The notes under the pieces: model-generated | What the model was told of the DNA's origin: nothing | What the model saw: only the letters and a program-made list of their open reading frames with translations | Database searches by the model: none | Shown: in pieces, positions 9,974-22,629 of the stretch | Position numbering within the stretch: position 1 is the stretch's first letter | Layout of the letters: each line of letters opens with the position of its first letter | Translations under genes and position numbers: made by a program | Assembly (NCBI GenBank): GCA_943787795.1 | Contig: CALSNU010000005.1 | Span: 64,001 to 128,000 of the forward strand | Reading direction: 5' to 3' | Source of the DNA: an uncultured bacterium | Lineage (GTDB): Bacteria > Planctomycetota > UBA1135 > GCA-002686595 | Length of the DNA: 64,000 nt

Positions 9974-11016
9974 TGACCATGACCAGCGCCATGACCGAAT
10001 CGGGAGCCGGCGACGCCGGGGCCGCGCCACTGCTCGAAGTCCGGGGCCTCAAGAAGCACTTCCCCATCCGCAGCGGGGTGCTCCAGCGGCACACCGGCGA
10101 CGTCAAGGCCGTGGACGGGCTCGACTTCTCGCTGGGGCGTGGAGAGACGCTCTCCCTGGTGGGGGAGTCGGGCTGCGGCAAGACCACCGCGGGCCGCTCG
10201 ACGCTGAGGCTCATCGAGCCCACCGCAGGCGAGGCGATCTACCGGCCTGAGGCGGGGACGGAGGTCGACCTCTTCAAGCTCGGGAAGGGGGAGATGCGCT
10301 CGTTCCGGCGTGATCTGCAGATCATCTTCCAGGACCCCTACGCCTCGCTCAACCCGCGGATCACCGTCGGCAACGCCGTCGGCGAGGCCCTCGAGGTGCA
10401 CGGGCTCGCGCAGGGCTCGGCGCTCCAGGACCAGGTGGCCGAGCTGCTCAAGAAGGTCGGCCTGCGTCCGGACGTGGCCAACCGCTTCCCGCACGAGTTC
10501 TCCGGCGGCCAGCGGCAGCGCGTCGGCATCGCGCGCGCCCTCGCCTTGCAGCCCAAGCTCATCGTCTGCGACGAGGCGGTCAGCGCCCTCGACGTCTCCA
10601 TCCAGGCGCAGGTGATCAACCTGCTCAAGGACCTGCAGGGCGAGTTCGACCTCTCCTACATCTTCATCGCGCACGACCTCTCGGTCGTCCGCTACATCTC
10701 CGACCGGGTGGCCGTGATGTACCTCGGTCGTATCGTGGAGATGGGGACCGTGGACGAGGTCTTCGAGAACCCCCAGCATCCCTACACCAAGGCGCTGCTG
10801 TCTGCGATTCCGCGGGCGGACCGATCGGAGCGCCGCGAGCGTATCCCCCTCACGGGCGATGTCCCCTCGCCGATCAATCCGCCGTCCGGGTGCTTCTTCC
10901 ACACTCGTTGCCCGGTGGCCGAGGCGGGCCGTTGCGACAGCGCCTACCCCGAGACCAAGGCGGTGGGACCCGACGGCCACGTGGCCGCTTGCCACCTGAT
11001 CGAGTCCCCGGCTTGA
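9973..11016 (+). CDS. Peptide ABC transporter ATP-binding protein (OppF/DppF-like)
   Basis: [43 protein letters not shown]. Confidence 0.95.
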   Translation: MTMTSAMTESGAGDAGAAPLLEVRGLKKHFPIRSGVLQRHTGDVKAVDGLDFSLGRGETLSLVGESGCGKTTAGRSTLRLIEPTAGEAIYRPEAGTEVDLFKLGKGEMRSFRRDLQIIFQDPYASLNPRITVGNAVGEALEVHGLAQGSALQDQVAELLKKVGLRPDVANRFPHEFSGGQRQRVGIARALALQPKLIVCDEAVSALDVSIQAQVINLLKDLQGEFDLSYIFIAHDLSVVRYISDRVAVMYLGRIVEMGTVDEVFENPQHPYTKALLSAIPRADRSERRERIPLTGDVPSPINPPSGCFFHTRCPVAEAGRCDSAYPETKAVGPDGHVAACHLIESPA

Positions 11017-11098
11017 TCGAGTCCCCGGCTGGACCGAGCTGCTGGCTTGACCGAACCGCTTGCCTGACCGAGCCGCTGGCCCGATCGGGCGCCGGCGC
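10997..11098. repeat. 17-bp tandem array beginning in the 3' end of the oppF-like gene (2 perfect plus about 4 degenerate copies)
   Basis: TGATCGAGTCCCCGGCT at 10997 and 11014, then GGACCGAGCTGCTGGCT, TGACCGAACCGCTTGCC, TGACCGAGCCGCTGGCC. Confidence 0.75.
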
Positions 11099-11418
11099 TC
11101 GCGCTGTCCATCAGGTGTAGGCCCTCCGGGGTGACGGGCCGCCGCGAGGGGCGGTCCGCGCGGTGGGCGGGCCCATGCCGCGGCTTCTTCCGAGTGGGCC
11201 CTGCCGGACGGATCCTGCTGGGTGGGGGGCGAGGTGCTGGCGGGATCCCTGTCGTGCAGCCCCCGGGGGCCCAGGGCTCCGAGCCTCCTCCCTGGCGGTT
11301 CCAGGGGGGGCTCTCGGGCGGGCTCTCGGGCGGGTTCGGCCCCGTGTCGGGACGGGGGCGGGACGAGAATTCCGAGGCAGGCTCGCTCTTACGACGCGGA
11401 CGGGCGAAGGTTCATCTG

Positions 11419-12945
11419 ATGGCCACGCCGACGTTCCCCGATCCCCCCGCGGAAGGCCCCGCGGAAGACCCTGCGGGAGGCCCCGCGGACCCTGGTGCCA
11501 GGCCCTCGTCCCCGTCGGCCGGGGTGTACCCCCTGCACGGCGACCGGACCTGGCTCGGCGGGCTCGTCCGCATGGTCCGCTGGTCGGTCTTCAAGGGGCC
11601 CTCGACCGTGGCCGATCGGCGGCTCAGCGAGGTGAACCTGCACTGGCTGATCCACCTGCGGTGGACGGCGATCGCGGGGCAGCTGATCACGATCCTCGTG
11701 GTTCGCTACGGACTCGACGTGGAGATCCCGCTGCCGGCGCTCTTCGCGATCCTCCTCGTGGAGTTCGGGACGAACGCGGGCCTGCTCCTCTTCCAGCGCA
11801 AGGAGCTCCTGCTACGGGAGTCGGATGCGGACGAGGGGCCGAACGAGTTCACGGACCGCCGGCTGCAGCTGGCCAAGCTCGGCGTGACGCTGCTGGATAT
11901 CGGGCTGCTCTCGACCCTGCTCGGTCTGACGGGGGGCGCCACCAACCCGTTTTGCGGGTTCCTGCTCGTCTACGTCGCGCTGGGCTCGGTGCTGCTGCCC
12001 CTGCGCCACTCCCTGGTCGCGGTCGGCGCTCTCGGCGCCGCCATGATGCTGATCATGGAGTACGCGATCCCGGTGCCGGCGCTGGACGCGAGCCCGACGT
12101 TGCGCGGGTGGGGCACGGTGGTCGCCCTCTCGCTCACCTCGCTCCTCACGGTCCTCTTCGTCAACCGCGTGGTCTCGACGCTCGCGACGCGCGCGCAGGA
12201 GCTCCAGTCCGAGCGAGGTCGAAGGGAGCGGCAGCGGCACCTCGAGGCGCTGGGCACGCTGGCAGCGGGAGCGGCGCACGAGCTCGGGACGCCGCTGTCC
12301 ACGATCGCGCTGGTCGCGAAGGAGCTCGAGCTTGCGCTCGAGCAGGAGGCCGCCGTCGGGGACGAGGTCACCGCGGACGCTCGGCTCATCCGCGATGAGG
12401 TCGCGCGCTGCCGGAGGATCCTGAACCGGATGTCAGCGACGGCTGGCGATCGTGTGGGCGAGTCGATGACCAACATGAGCGCGCGCGAGCTCGCGGACAC
12501 CATCGTCGGGGAGATGGCCGCGTCGGACCGCGTCGAGGTCGACGTCATGGAGGTCGCGGACGGTGCGGCGCTCGAGCTCCCGAGGGACGGGCTGGCCACG
12601 GCCATCAGAGCCATCGTGCAGAACGGTCTCGACGCCTCCCCGCCGGAGGCGACCGTCCGCCTGAGGGTGGTGCGTGAGGACTCGGCGCTGATCGTCACGG
12701 TGGGGGACCGTGGCTCGGGAATGACCGCCGAGGAGGCAGAGCGTGCCCTGGAACCGTTCTTCACCACCAAGGACGTGGGGCGTGGCATGGGGCTCGGGCT
12801 CTACCTCGCCAGCTCCTTCGTCGAGGATCTGGGCGGCAACATCGAGATTCACTCCGCGCCGGGCCTCGGTACCGTTGTGGGCCTCGTCCTCCCGCTGGCG
12901 AAGTCCGGTGAGCTCACCGTGACGACGCACAGCGGCATGCGCTGA
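11419..12945 (+). CDS. regB: RegB/PrrB/ActS-family redox-sensing histidine kinase
   Basis: LIHLRWTAIAGQ first TM; quinone-binding GGxxNPF motif (TGGATNPF); H-box AAGAAHELGTPLSTI; redox-box Cys (EVARCRRIL); G-boxes DRGSG and GMGLGL. Start codon uncertain. Confidence 0.85.
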   Translation: MATPTFPDPPAEGPAEDPAGGPADPGARPSSPSAGVYPLHGDRTWLGGLVRMVRWSVFKGPSTVADRRLSEVNLHWLIHLRWTAIAGQLITILVVRYGLDVEIPLPALFAILLVEFGTNAGLLLFQRKELLLRESDADEGPNEFTDRRLQLAKLGVTLLDIGLLSTLLGLTGGATNPFCGFLLVYVALGSVLLPLRHSLVAVGALGAAMMLIMEYAIPVPALDASPTLRGWGTVVALSLTSLLTVLFVNRVVSTLATRAQELQSERGRRERQRHLEALGTLAAGAAHELGTPLSTIALVAKELELALEQEAAVGDEVTADARLIRDEVARCRRILNRMSATAGDRVGESMTNMSARELADTIVGEMAASDRVEVDVMEVADGAALELPRDGLATAIRAIVQNGLDASPPEATVRLRVVREDSALIVTVGDRGSGMTAEEAERALEPFFTTKDVGRGMGLGLYLASSFVEDLGGNIEIHSAPGLGTVVGLVLPLAKSGELTVTTHSGMR

Positions 12946-12965
12946 GGCACGTGACGGCCTCGAGT

Positions 12966-12980
12966 GCGGCGCCATGTCGC
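12966..12980. promoter_or_regulatory. Candidate RegA/RegR box
   Basis: GCGGC-GCCAT-GTCGC matches the GCGGC-N5-GTCGC consensus exactly and lies in the regB-regA intergenic region. Confidence 0.55.
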
Positions 12981-13094
12981 GGTGCGGCGTATCGTCCGGC
13001 GCGAATTGCCGCGGGCTCCTATCCTGGAACTTGTGAATCCGTTGATCCTCCTGGGCGCGGCCGGCGAACGATCGTGAGGCTAGGAGGCCTTACC

Positions 13095-13700
13095 GTGAAC
13101 ATGACTGAACTCTCTATGGACCCTGCATCGGCTCTCAACGTGGACGCGAGGTCCATGCTCATCGTGGATGACGATGAGATCTTCCGCGAGCGTCTCGCTC
13201 GGGCGCTCCGTGAGCGCGGCTTCGAGGTGCGCACGGCCGAGGGCTTCGACCAGGCCGTGGCGCTCGCTCAGGCCGACTCCCCGGAGTACGCGGTCCTTGA
13301 CCTCCGGATGCCCGGCAAGGGCGGTCTCGAGGTGCTCAAGGCTCTGAACGGCATCGATGGCGGTACGCGCGCCATCATCCTGACGGGCTACGGTGCGATC
13401 GCGACCGCCGTCGAGGCGGTCCGCCTCGGAGCCGTCAACTTCATCCCCAAGCCGGCGGACGCGGACGACGTGGTCGCAGCGTTCGAGAAGTACGAGCGGG
13501 GAGACACCGCCGACGGCCCGGCCGTGACCTCGTCCTACCGGGCGCCTTCCCTGGCCCGAATGGAGTGGGAGCACATCCAACGCGTCCTCTCGGACTGCGG
13601 CGGGAACATCTCCGAGTCCGCACGGCGCCTCGGCATCCACCGCCGCTCCCTGCAGCGCAAGCTCCAGCGGAACGCGCCGCGGGAGCAGGGCAAGACCTGA
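13095..13700 (+). CDS. regA: RegA/PrrA/ActR-family response regulator
   Basis: Receiver domain (IVDDD, VLDLRMP, LTGYGAIATAVEAVRLGA, PKP) plus Fis-type HTH EWEHIQRVLSDCGGNISESARRLGIHRRSLQRKL. AGGAGG lies 7 nt before GTG 13095. Confidence 0.9.
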   Translation: MNMTELSMDPASALNVDARSMLIVDDDEIFRERLARALRERGFEVRTAEGFDQAVALAQADSPEYAVLDLRMPGKGGLEVLKALNGIDGGTRAIILTGYGAIATAVEAVRLGAVNFIPKPADADDVVAAFEKYERGDTADGPAVTSSYRAPSLARMEWEHIQRVLSDCGGNISESARRLGIHRRSLQRKLQRNAPREQGKT

Positions 13701-13763
13701 GCCCACCTCGGGCGTCCCGGCCATGGCCTTGAGCCGAGCCGCGATGGCCCCTGATCCACCAGC

Positions 13764-13797
13764 ACGGGGCGTGGCGTCTTCTGACGCCACGCCCCGT
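13764..13797 (+). terminator. Hairpin after regA (15-bp stem)
   Basis: ACGGGGCGTGGCGTC-TTCT-GACGCCACGCCCCGT, followed by CTCTGTT. Confidence 0.6.
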
Positions 13798-14457
13798 CTC
13801 TGTTGGCGCCTCCTTGGCCTCGTTATGGCCTCTGCATGGCCGGCGCCCCGGGGGCGGTGATCGCCGGGGCTGAGCGACGCCTGGTGGAGGCCGGCCTGGA
13901 ACGGGACCTGCGCTCGACCCGGAGGCGCCCAACCTCCGGTCGTCGACGGCTTCGAGGCGGGCACCGCACCGGAGGTGCACCGAAACCGGACATGCACGGG
14001 CGCTGGGCCGCTCCTGCCCCCGATCGGCGCCCGCCATCCAGCGACGGCCGGCCCCGAGCCCCGCTCTCCCCGTCGACCCCTGCCCAGGTGCCTCTCTGGG
14101 CCGCCGCAGGTGGCCCTCGGGGGGTCAGTCCGCGGCGTGCTGGCACAGCCGTCTTGCGACCGGTTCTCAACTGCGGGGGCCGATGAGGGGAGCGGGTGCG
14201 ATCGGGCGCCGCGCGACCGTCATTCCCACTCGTAGTTTCCTTCGATTGCGGGGCGTTCGGAGATTCCAGACGGGGTGACAGATCACTATTCTGTCCGCGA
14301 CTGAACAGCGTTCTCCTCCCGCGGTTGCGCGGAGGCGAGCCTCGCTTGGTCGAGCGTGGGGGCCAATCCTCCACGCACAACCGCCACTCCTCAACCTGCC
14401 GCGACCGCCCCACGGATCCTCACCGTGGGCAGCCCCGGCGGACCGCGCTTGCGCACC

Positions 14458-15108
14458 ATGACGACCTTTCACTTCCCGCGCTGGACCAACCACTTCAAGC
14501 TCCTGATCCCGGCGGGGGCCCTTGGCGGGGCTCTCTACGCGATCGTGTTTGTGTGGATCGGCTTCTCTCCCAAGACCCTCGCGGTCGGGTACGCCCCGGA
14601 GCAACCGATTCCTTACAGCCACGCCCTGCACGCAGGGGAGCTCGGCATCGACTGCCGGTATTGCCACAACACGGTGGAGGACGCGGCCCACGCTGCGATC
14701 CCGCCCACGGCGACCTGCATGAACTGCCACACGAACATCCGCCCCGATAGCCCGAAGCTCGCTGCGCTCCGGGAATCGTGGAAGTCGGGTGATCCGGTGG
14801 AGTGGGTGCGAGTGCACGACATCGCGGACTACGCCTACTTCAACCACTCGGCTCACGTGCGCCGTGGCGTGTCCTGCGTCTCGTGCCACGGTCGCGTGGA
14901 TCAGATGGAGGTGGTGAGCCAGCAGGAGCCCCTGTCCATGGGGTGGTGCCTCGAGTGCCACCGCAACCCGGAGCCGCACCTGCGGCCCCTCGATCAGATC
15001 ACCAACCTCGGCTGGGAGCCCCCGGCCGAAGGCGTTGACCCCGCGACCCTCTTCTACACACCAGAAGAGATTCATCCGCGCGAGACCTGCAGCACCTGTC
15101 ACCGCTGA
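14458..15108 (+). CDS. actA: Alternative complex III pentaheme cytochrome c subunit ActA
   Basis: One TM, then [17 protein letters not shown] and five CxxCH motifs (CRYCH, CMNCH, CVSCH, CLECH, CSTCH). Confidence 0.93.
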   Translation: MTTFHFPRWTNHFKLLIPAGALGGALYAIVFVWIGFSPKTLAVGYAPEQPIPYSHALHAGELGIDCRYCHNTVEDAAHAAIPPTATCMNCHTNIRPDSPKLAALRESWKSGDPVEWVRVHDIADYAYFNHSAHVRRGVSCVSCHGRVDQMEVVSQQEPLSMGWCLECHRNPEPHLRPLDQITNLGWEPPAEGVDPATLFYTPEEIHPRETCSTCHR

Positions 15109-15247
15109 GTTTCGTTCCTGGCTCCGCGGCGGCTCCTGCCCCCGAGCTCGCCTCTTCCCGTCCCACACCGCCATTTCCGGCACTCGCCCCGTACGGGGCG
15201 CCAACCCCAACATCCTCGCGCGAGGCACATCAGCTGAGCGCGCCAAG

Positions 15248-18200
15248 ATGAGCGACATCCTCGACGATCCGAACGCCGAGTCGAAGCCTGCAATCTGGCA
15301 GTCTCTTCGAGAGTTCGATGGGTCCCTCGACCGTGCCGCAGCCGATTCCGACTCCGATAAGGACGTCGCGAACTTCGTCGGCCGTGAGTTCCCGACCGAT
15401 GACTTCGATCAGCTGAACGAAGTTGACCGGCGCCGCTTCTTCCAGATCCTCGGTGCCTCGGCCGCCCTCGCCGGCGCCTCGAGCTGCCGCTGGGAGAAGG
15501 AGGAGATCCTTCCGTACGCGGTGCGCCCCGAGGAGACGATCCCCGGCAAGCCCAAGTACTACGCCTCGACCCTCGACCTCGCCGGCGCCGCGCGCCCGGT
15601 GACGGTCACCAGCTACGACGGTCGACCTGTGAAGGTCGAGCCGAACACGCTGCTGGGCCAGGGCACCGACGTGTACAGCCAGGCGGAGGTCCTCGGGTTC
15701 TACGATCCGGACCGCAGCCAGGGAGTGCTCAAGCGCGACGAGGGGGGGCTGTTCAACGGCGCCTCCTACGGCGACGCGCTGAAGGCCATGAAGGAGGCCG
15801 CGGCCGCCGGTGGCATGGCCGTGCTCGCCTCGACCCACAGCTCGCCGACCCTGGCGCGGCTCGGGGCCGACCTCGCCGCGAGCGGCGCCGACTGGGTCTG
15901 GTGGTCGCCCGTGGGGCGAGACACCGAGCGCTCAGGGGCCGAGATGGCCTTCGGGAAGCCGGTCAGGACCCACTACGACCTCTCCAAGGCCAACGTCGTG
16001 GTCAGCCTCGACGGGGACTTCCTAAACGGCCACCCCGACTCCGTCCGGATGTCCGCCGACTTCGCGACCCGCCGTGAGCCCGAGCTTGGCGACATGTCAC
16101 GGCTCTACGCCATCGAGAGTCGCTTCTCCACGACCGGCGTGGTCTCGGACCACCGCCTCCCCGTGAGGAGCTCGGACGCTGGCGCGATCCTCCAGTTGAT
16201 CGAGGCCGGTCTCGGCATGGGGACCCCCGGGGCCCGCGCTGCGGAGCTCGGTAAGAACGACAAGGTCGCCGCCTTCGTCAAGGCGGTCGCTGACGACATG
16301 AAGGCCTCCGGCGGGAACTGCGTGATCATCCCCGGGGTGAACCAGCCGGCCGAGGTCCACGCCCATGCCCACGCGGTCAACGCCGCCCTCGGCGCGGTCG
16401 GAACCACGGTGACCTACACCGACGACCCCGCCGCTGGCGCCACGGACGCAGGTCTCGCCTCGCTCGTGGCCGGAATGCGGTCTCGAGAGGTGAAGTCGCT
16501 GCTCGTCCTTGGCGGCAACCCTGCCTACGACGCGCCCGCTGACCTGGACTTCTCGGGCGCAGCGGAGAACGTGATGGTCTTTCATCACGGCCTCTACCGC
16601 GACGAGACGGCCGCCATCTCGGACTGGCACATGCCCGCCGCGCACTGGCTCGAGGCCTGGGGCGACACGCGCTCCTGGGACGGGTCGGTCCACATCGCGC
16701 AGCCGCTGATCAAGCCCATCGCGGGTGGCATGAGCGCCTCCGAGGTGTGCGCCGCGATCCTCGGGCGGACCCAGGATGCTCGCGCCGAGGTGCGCGCGAC
16801 GTTCGACGCCATGGAGCTCGCAGGCAACGGCGAGGCGCGCTTCCGCCAGGCGATCCACGACGGCGTCGTGGACGGCACGCGGATGGCGGCGCTCGACCTG
16901 ACGGTGGGGAGCCTGCCGGCGATCGCGGAGCCCAGCGCCGGGATGGAAATCACCTACTTCCCCTGCCCGAAGGTCTTCGACGGTCGCTTCTCCAACAACG
17001 GCTGGCTGCAGGAGCTCCCGGACTTCACCACGAAGATGACCTGGGACAACGCGGTCATGATCGGGAAGAAGACCGCGGACGGCATGGGGGTCACGACCGG
17101 CGACAAGGTCGAGGTCACCCTGGACGGGCGGACCCTCGAGGCCGCCGCCTTCGTGGCCGTCGGGCAGGCCGAGGAGAGCCTCGCCATCTCGATGGGCTAC
17201 GGCCGCCGCGCGGCCGGGCTGGTCGCCGGCTCGGACAAGGCCAAGGTCAGCTCCGCTGGCTTCGACGCCTTCGCCCTCCGGGGCACCGGCGGCATGGGCA
17301 TCGCCACGGGCGCGTCCATCGCCAAGACCTCCGGCGAGTACACCTTTGCCACGACCCAGGAGCACCACCTGATCGACGCGATCGGCATGCAGGGGCGCCG
17401 CGAGCGCCTCTACAAGCTGGCCATGGAGGGCACCGAGGAGCAGTGGAAGGAGGACCCGAACTTCACCGAGCACGTCTATCACGTGCCGAAGCTCACCTCG
17501 CTCTTCGACCAGAAGGTCTACGACGGTACCCACCAGTGGGGGATGACGATCGACCTCTCGACGTGCAACGGCTGCAACGCCTGCGTCGTCGCCTGCCAGT
17601 CGGAGAACAACATCCCGATCGTCGGCAAGGAGCAGGTCAAGCGCGGCCGGGAGATGCACTGGATGCGCATCGACCTCTACTTCCAGGGCGACGCCGACGA
17701 GGCCTCGACCGTGGACGCGGTCACCCAGCCGATCAACTGCCTGCAGTGCGAGAACGCGCCCTGCGAGCAGGTCTGCCCGGTGGCGGCCACCGTGCACGGC
17801 GAGGAGGGGACCAACGACATGGTCTACAACCGCTGCATCGGCACGCGCTACTGCGGTAACAACTGCCCGGTGAAGGTGCGGCGCTTCAACTACTTCCACT
17901 ACACGAAGTACATGGACAAGCCGGAGCACAAGCGGCTCCAGTTGGCCCAGAACCCCAACGTCACGGTCCGCAGCCGCGGCGTGATGGAGAAGTGCACGTA
18001 CTGCATGCAGCGGATCTCCGAGGCGCGCATCACCGCACGCAACGAGGACCGCAAGATCCGCGACGGCGAGGTCATCACGGCCTGCCAGGCGGCGTGCGCC
18101 TCCGGCGCCATCAACTTCGGCGACCTGACCGACCCCGAGTCGCGGGTCTCGAAGAAGCAGGCCCTGGGCCGGGACTACTCGATGCTGGCGGAGCTCAACA

Positions 18201-18404
18201 TCCGCCCGCGGACCCAGTACCTGGCGCGCATCGAGAACCCGAACGCGGTCCTCGCCGAGGCCATGCCCCAGGGCGTGAAGGGACGCGAGGACTACGACCC
18301 CGCGACCTACGGCGAGGGTGGCCACGGCGGCCACGGTCATGGCCACGGCCATGACGACCACGGCGACCACGGCGACAGCCACAACGGTGAGGAGGCAACC
18401 AGCC

Positions 18405-18418
<14 letters not shown>
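15248..18418 (+). CDS. actB: Alternative complex III subunit ActB (molybdopterin-oxidoreductase-like domain plus Fe-S domain)
   Basis: WQSLREF leader and Tat motif [10 protein letters not shown]...SSC. Fe-S motifs [37 protein letters not shown] and KCTYC...ACQAAC. His-rich tail. Confidence 0.93.
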
Positions 18419-19880
<1,462 letters not shown>

Positions 19881-19910
19881 GCCGTCAACGACTCAACGGA
19901 GCTGAAACAG

Positions 19911-21269
19911 ATGTCAGATCAGAAGAAGCACGACGAGATCCACGGGGTCGTCGCCTACTTCGACGATGTCGATAGCGTGATGTCCGCGGCCCGCAAGGTC
20001 CGTGACGCTGGGTACAAGAAGTGGGACACCTACACGCCTTTCCCGGTCCACGGGATCGACGAGGCGATGGGCACCAAGCCGACGATCCTGCCCTGGATCG
20101 TGCTCGGCATGGGCCTGACGGGGATGGCCTGCGGCTTGCTGCTCCAGTGGTACACCAACGCGTACGACTACGTCTTCCTCATCAGCGGCAAGCCCAACTG
20201 GAGCCTGCCCGCCAACATCCCGGTCACCTTCGAGGTGGTCATCCTCTTCTCGGCGTACACGGCGTTCTTCGCGATGCTGGGGCTCAACAAGCTCCCGCAC
20301 CTGTCGAACCCGCTCCACAAGCTGCCGAAGTTCCGCCGGGTGACCGCGGACCGCTTCGCCATCTGCGTGGAAGCCAAGGACCCGAACTTCGACGCTGATC
20401 GCGTGCGCGCGATCCTCGGCGCCGAGACCTCGGAGCTGGAAGATTGCCCCGTCGACACCTCCAGGGCCGCCCTGCCGCTGTGGTTCCACGCGGTCATGGC
20501 CCTGGTGACCTGCGCGACCTTCATCCCGCTCTCCCTGGCCGTCAAGGGGCGCTTCGCGACGTCGGACAAGCCGCGCTACCACGTGTGGCCGGACATGGAC
20601 TTCCAGCGCAAGCGCAAGACCCAGACCGGCTGGGAAGGCTTCGAGGACGGTCGCTCCATGCGCCTCCCCGTCGAGGGGACGATCCCGCGCGGCGAGCTGC
20701 GCGACGACTTCGAGCTCTACTTCGGCGTTGCGCAGGGGGCCGCGGTTCCGCCGCGCGCCACCTACGAGGCCGGCGTCATGGGCGGCGATAAGTTCGAGTG
20801 GCTGTCCTCCTTCCCGACCGCCGTGGTCGTGGACGATGCCCTGCTTGAGCGTGGCCGTGAGCGTTACGGCATCTACTGCGGTGTCTGTCACGGTGCCCAG
20901 GGCAACGGTCTGGGTGCGGTCGCGCTGCGCGCGGCGGCCATCGACGCCGAGCAGTGGGGGTGGGTGTCGCCGAAGGCGCTCCAGTCCGACAGCGCCAAGG
21001 CGTACACCAACGGCGAGCTGTTCCACATCGCCAGCAACGGCATCAGCTCCATGAAGGGGTACGGATCTCAGATCACCCCCAAGGATCGCTGGGCCATCGT
21101 CGCCTTCGTCCGCGCCATCCAGGCGTCCCAGGCTCTTCCGAAGGCTCCCGCGGATCTCCCCGCTGGTGTCGACTTCGAGCCGGTCCCGACCATCAAAGAC
21201 GTGCGGCTCTCGGAGGCCAGCGTCGACGCCCCTGCCAGCGGCACCGAGCCCGCTGGCGAGGCTCGCTGA
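19911..21269 (+). CDS. Fused ActD (DUF3341)-ActE (monoheme cytochrome c)
   Basis: N-half YTPFPVHGIDEAMG...SGKPNWSLPANIPVTFE is ActD-like. C-half DMDFQRK...MRLPVEGTIPRG...YCGVCHG...MKGYGSQITPKDRWAIVAFVRAIQ is ActE-like. Confidence 0.88.
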   Translation: MSDQKKHDEIHGVVAYFDDVDSVMSAARKVRDAGYKKWDTYTPFPVHGIDEAMGTKPTILPWIVLGMGLTGMACGLLLQWYTNAYDYVFLISGKPNWSLPANIPVTFEVVILFSAYTAFFAMLGLNKLPHLSNPLHKLPKFRRVTADRFAICVEAKDPNFDADRVRAILGAETSELEDCPVDTSRAALPLWFHAVMALVTCATFIPLSLAVKGRFATSDKPRYHVWPDMDFQRKRKTQTGWEGFEDGRSMRLPVEGTIPRGELRDDFELYFGVAQGAAVPPRATYEAGVMGGDKFEWLSSFPTAVVVDDALLERGRERYGIYCGVCHGAQGNGLGAVALRAAAIDAEQWGWVSPKALQSDSAKAYTNGELFHIASNGISSMKGYGSQITPKDRWAIVAFVRAIQASQALPKAPADLPAGVDFEPVPTIKDVRLSEASVDAPASGTEPAGEAR

Positions 21270-21346
21270 GCCCTCCCTTTCCCGCCCCTTTTCAGATCCT
21301 CTAACGGCCCTCCCGCGCCCTCGAGACAGCGAAACCTCGCAGCTCC

Positions 21347-22597
21347 ATGCACGGACCCATCGAAATTCCCACCACCGACCAAGTGACGGTGACCGGCCTG
21401 TCGAAGCCCGCCATGATTGGCCTGGGCGTCGGCGTCGCCGGACTCGCCGTGACCGCAGCCCTCGGATCGTCGGCGGGTGACGAGATGCGCCACTTCGGGC
21501 ACTCCATGCTCGTGGCCATCGTCTTCTTCCTGTCGATCAGCCTCGGCGCCCTGTTCTTCACGCTGCTCCAGCACGTGACGAGCGCGGGGTGGTCCGTGGT
21601 GGTGCGCCGGGTGGCGGAGGCCATGACGGCCGCGTTCCCGATCCTCGGGCTGCTGGTCCTCGGCGTCCTGGTGGCCCCCGTCCTGATGGACAAGGCCTGG
21701 ATCTACGACTGGGCCGACCTGGCCTTCGTCGACGCCCATGAGCTTGTCCAGCACAAGGCCGGCTACCTGAACGGGAAGTTCTTCCTCGTCCGCGTCCTCG
21801 CGTACTTCGCGGTGTGGATCGGCGTCTCACGCTTCTTCAGCGGCCAGTCCCTGGCCCAGGACGTGGACCAGGACAAGTCGCGCACCCTGAAGATGCAGGG
21901 CCGCAGCGGCATCTGCATGATCGCCTTCGGCCTGACCCTGACCTTCGCGATGTTCGACTTCATGATGTCGCTCAACGCGGAGTGGTTCAGCACGATGTAC
22001 GGCGTCTACATGTTCGCCGGCGCGTTCTGGTCGTCCCTGGCGACGCTCGCGCTGCTGACCATGTGGCTCGAGAAGCGCGGCCAGCTCAAGGGTGTCGTGA
22101 CCTCCGAGCACTACCACGACATCGGCAAGCTCATGTTCGCCTTCACGGTGTTCTGGAGCTACGTCGCGTTCAGTCAGTTCATGCTGTACTGGTACGCCGA
22201 CATCCCCGAAGAGACCCACTGGTTCAACTACCGGATCTGGGGCGACTGGAACGGCTTTGCGACCCTGCTCCTCATCGGGCACTTCGCCATCCCGCTCCTG
22301 GGGCTCATGTCCCGCCACGTGAAGCGCAACCGCTCGGTGCTCGCCGCGTGGGCCGTGTACTGCCTCGTGTTCCACTTCGTGGACCTCTACTGGAACGTGA
22401 TGCCTGAGATGGTCAACGGCGTTCCTGGCGGAGACCCGGCCACCACCGGGCCCCAGTTCGACCTGATGGACCTCACCGCCATGATCGGCGTCGGCGGCCT
22501 GTTCGCCTTCGCCGTCCTCAAGCGCATCGACGGGAAGCCCGCGCTCGCCATCGGCGACCCGCGGCTGCCCGAGTCCATGGCCTTCCAGAACATCTGA
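21347..22597 (+). CDS. actF: Alternative complex III membrane subunit ActF
   Basis: Polytopic; AGWSVVVRRVAEA, DFMMSLNAEWFSTMYG, HYHDIGKLMFAF, SQFMLYWYADIPEET, GDPRLPES. Confidence 0.92.
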   Translation: MHGPIEIPTTDQVTVTGLSKPAMIGLGVGVAGLAVTAALGSSAGDEMRHFGHSMLVAIVFFLSISLGALFFTLLQHVTSAGWSVVVRRVAEAMTAAFPILGLLVLGVLVAPVLMDKAWIYDWADLAFVDAHELVQHKAGYLNGKFFLVRVLAYFAVWIGVSRFFSGQSLAQDVDQDKSRTLKMQGRSGICMIAFGLTLTFAMFDFMMSLNAEWFSTMYGVYMFAGAFWSSLATLALLTMWLEKRGQLKGVVTSEHYHDIGKLMFAFTVFWSYVAFSQFMLYWYADIPEETHWFNYRIWGDWNGFATLLLIGHFAIPLLGLMSRHVKRNRSVLAAWAVYCLVFHFVDLYWNVMPEMVNGVPGGDPATTGPQFDLMDLTAMIGVGGLFAFAVLKRIDGKPALAIGDPRLPESMAFQNI

Positions 22598-22629
22598 GCC
22601 CCCGTCTTTCCCAGGACACATCCAGTTCC

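Noticed and set aside
11131..11418. N-terminal extensions given by the ORF track for regB (and for regA, actA, actB, udg, mtaB and others)
   Set aside because: Arg/Gly/Pro-rich non-homologous sequence; downstream starts fit the family N-termini better.
14275..14286. FNR/CRP site
   Set aside because: GTGA-N4-TCAC spacing is 2 nt shorter than the N6 required.
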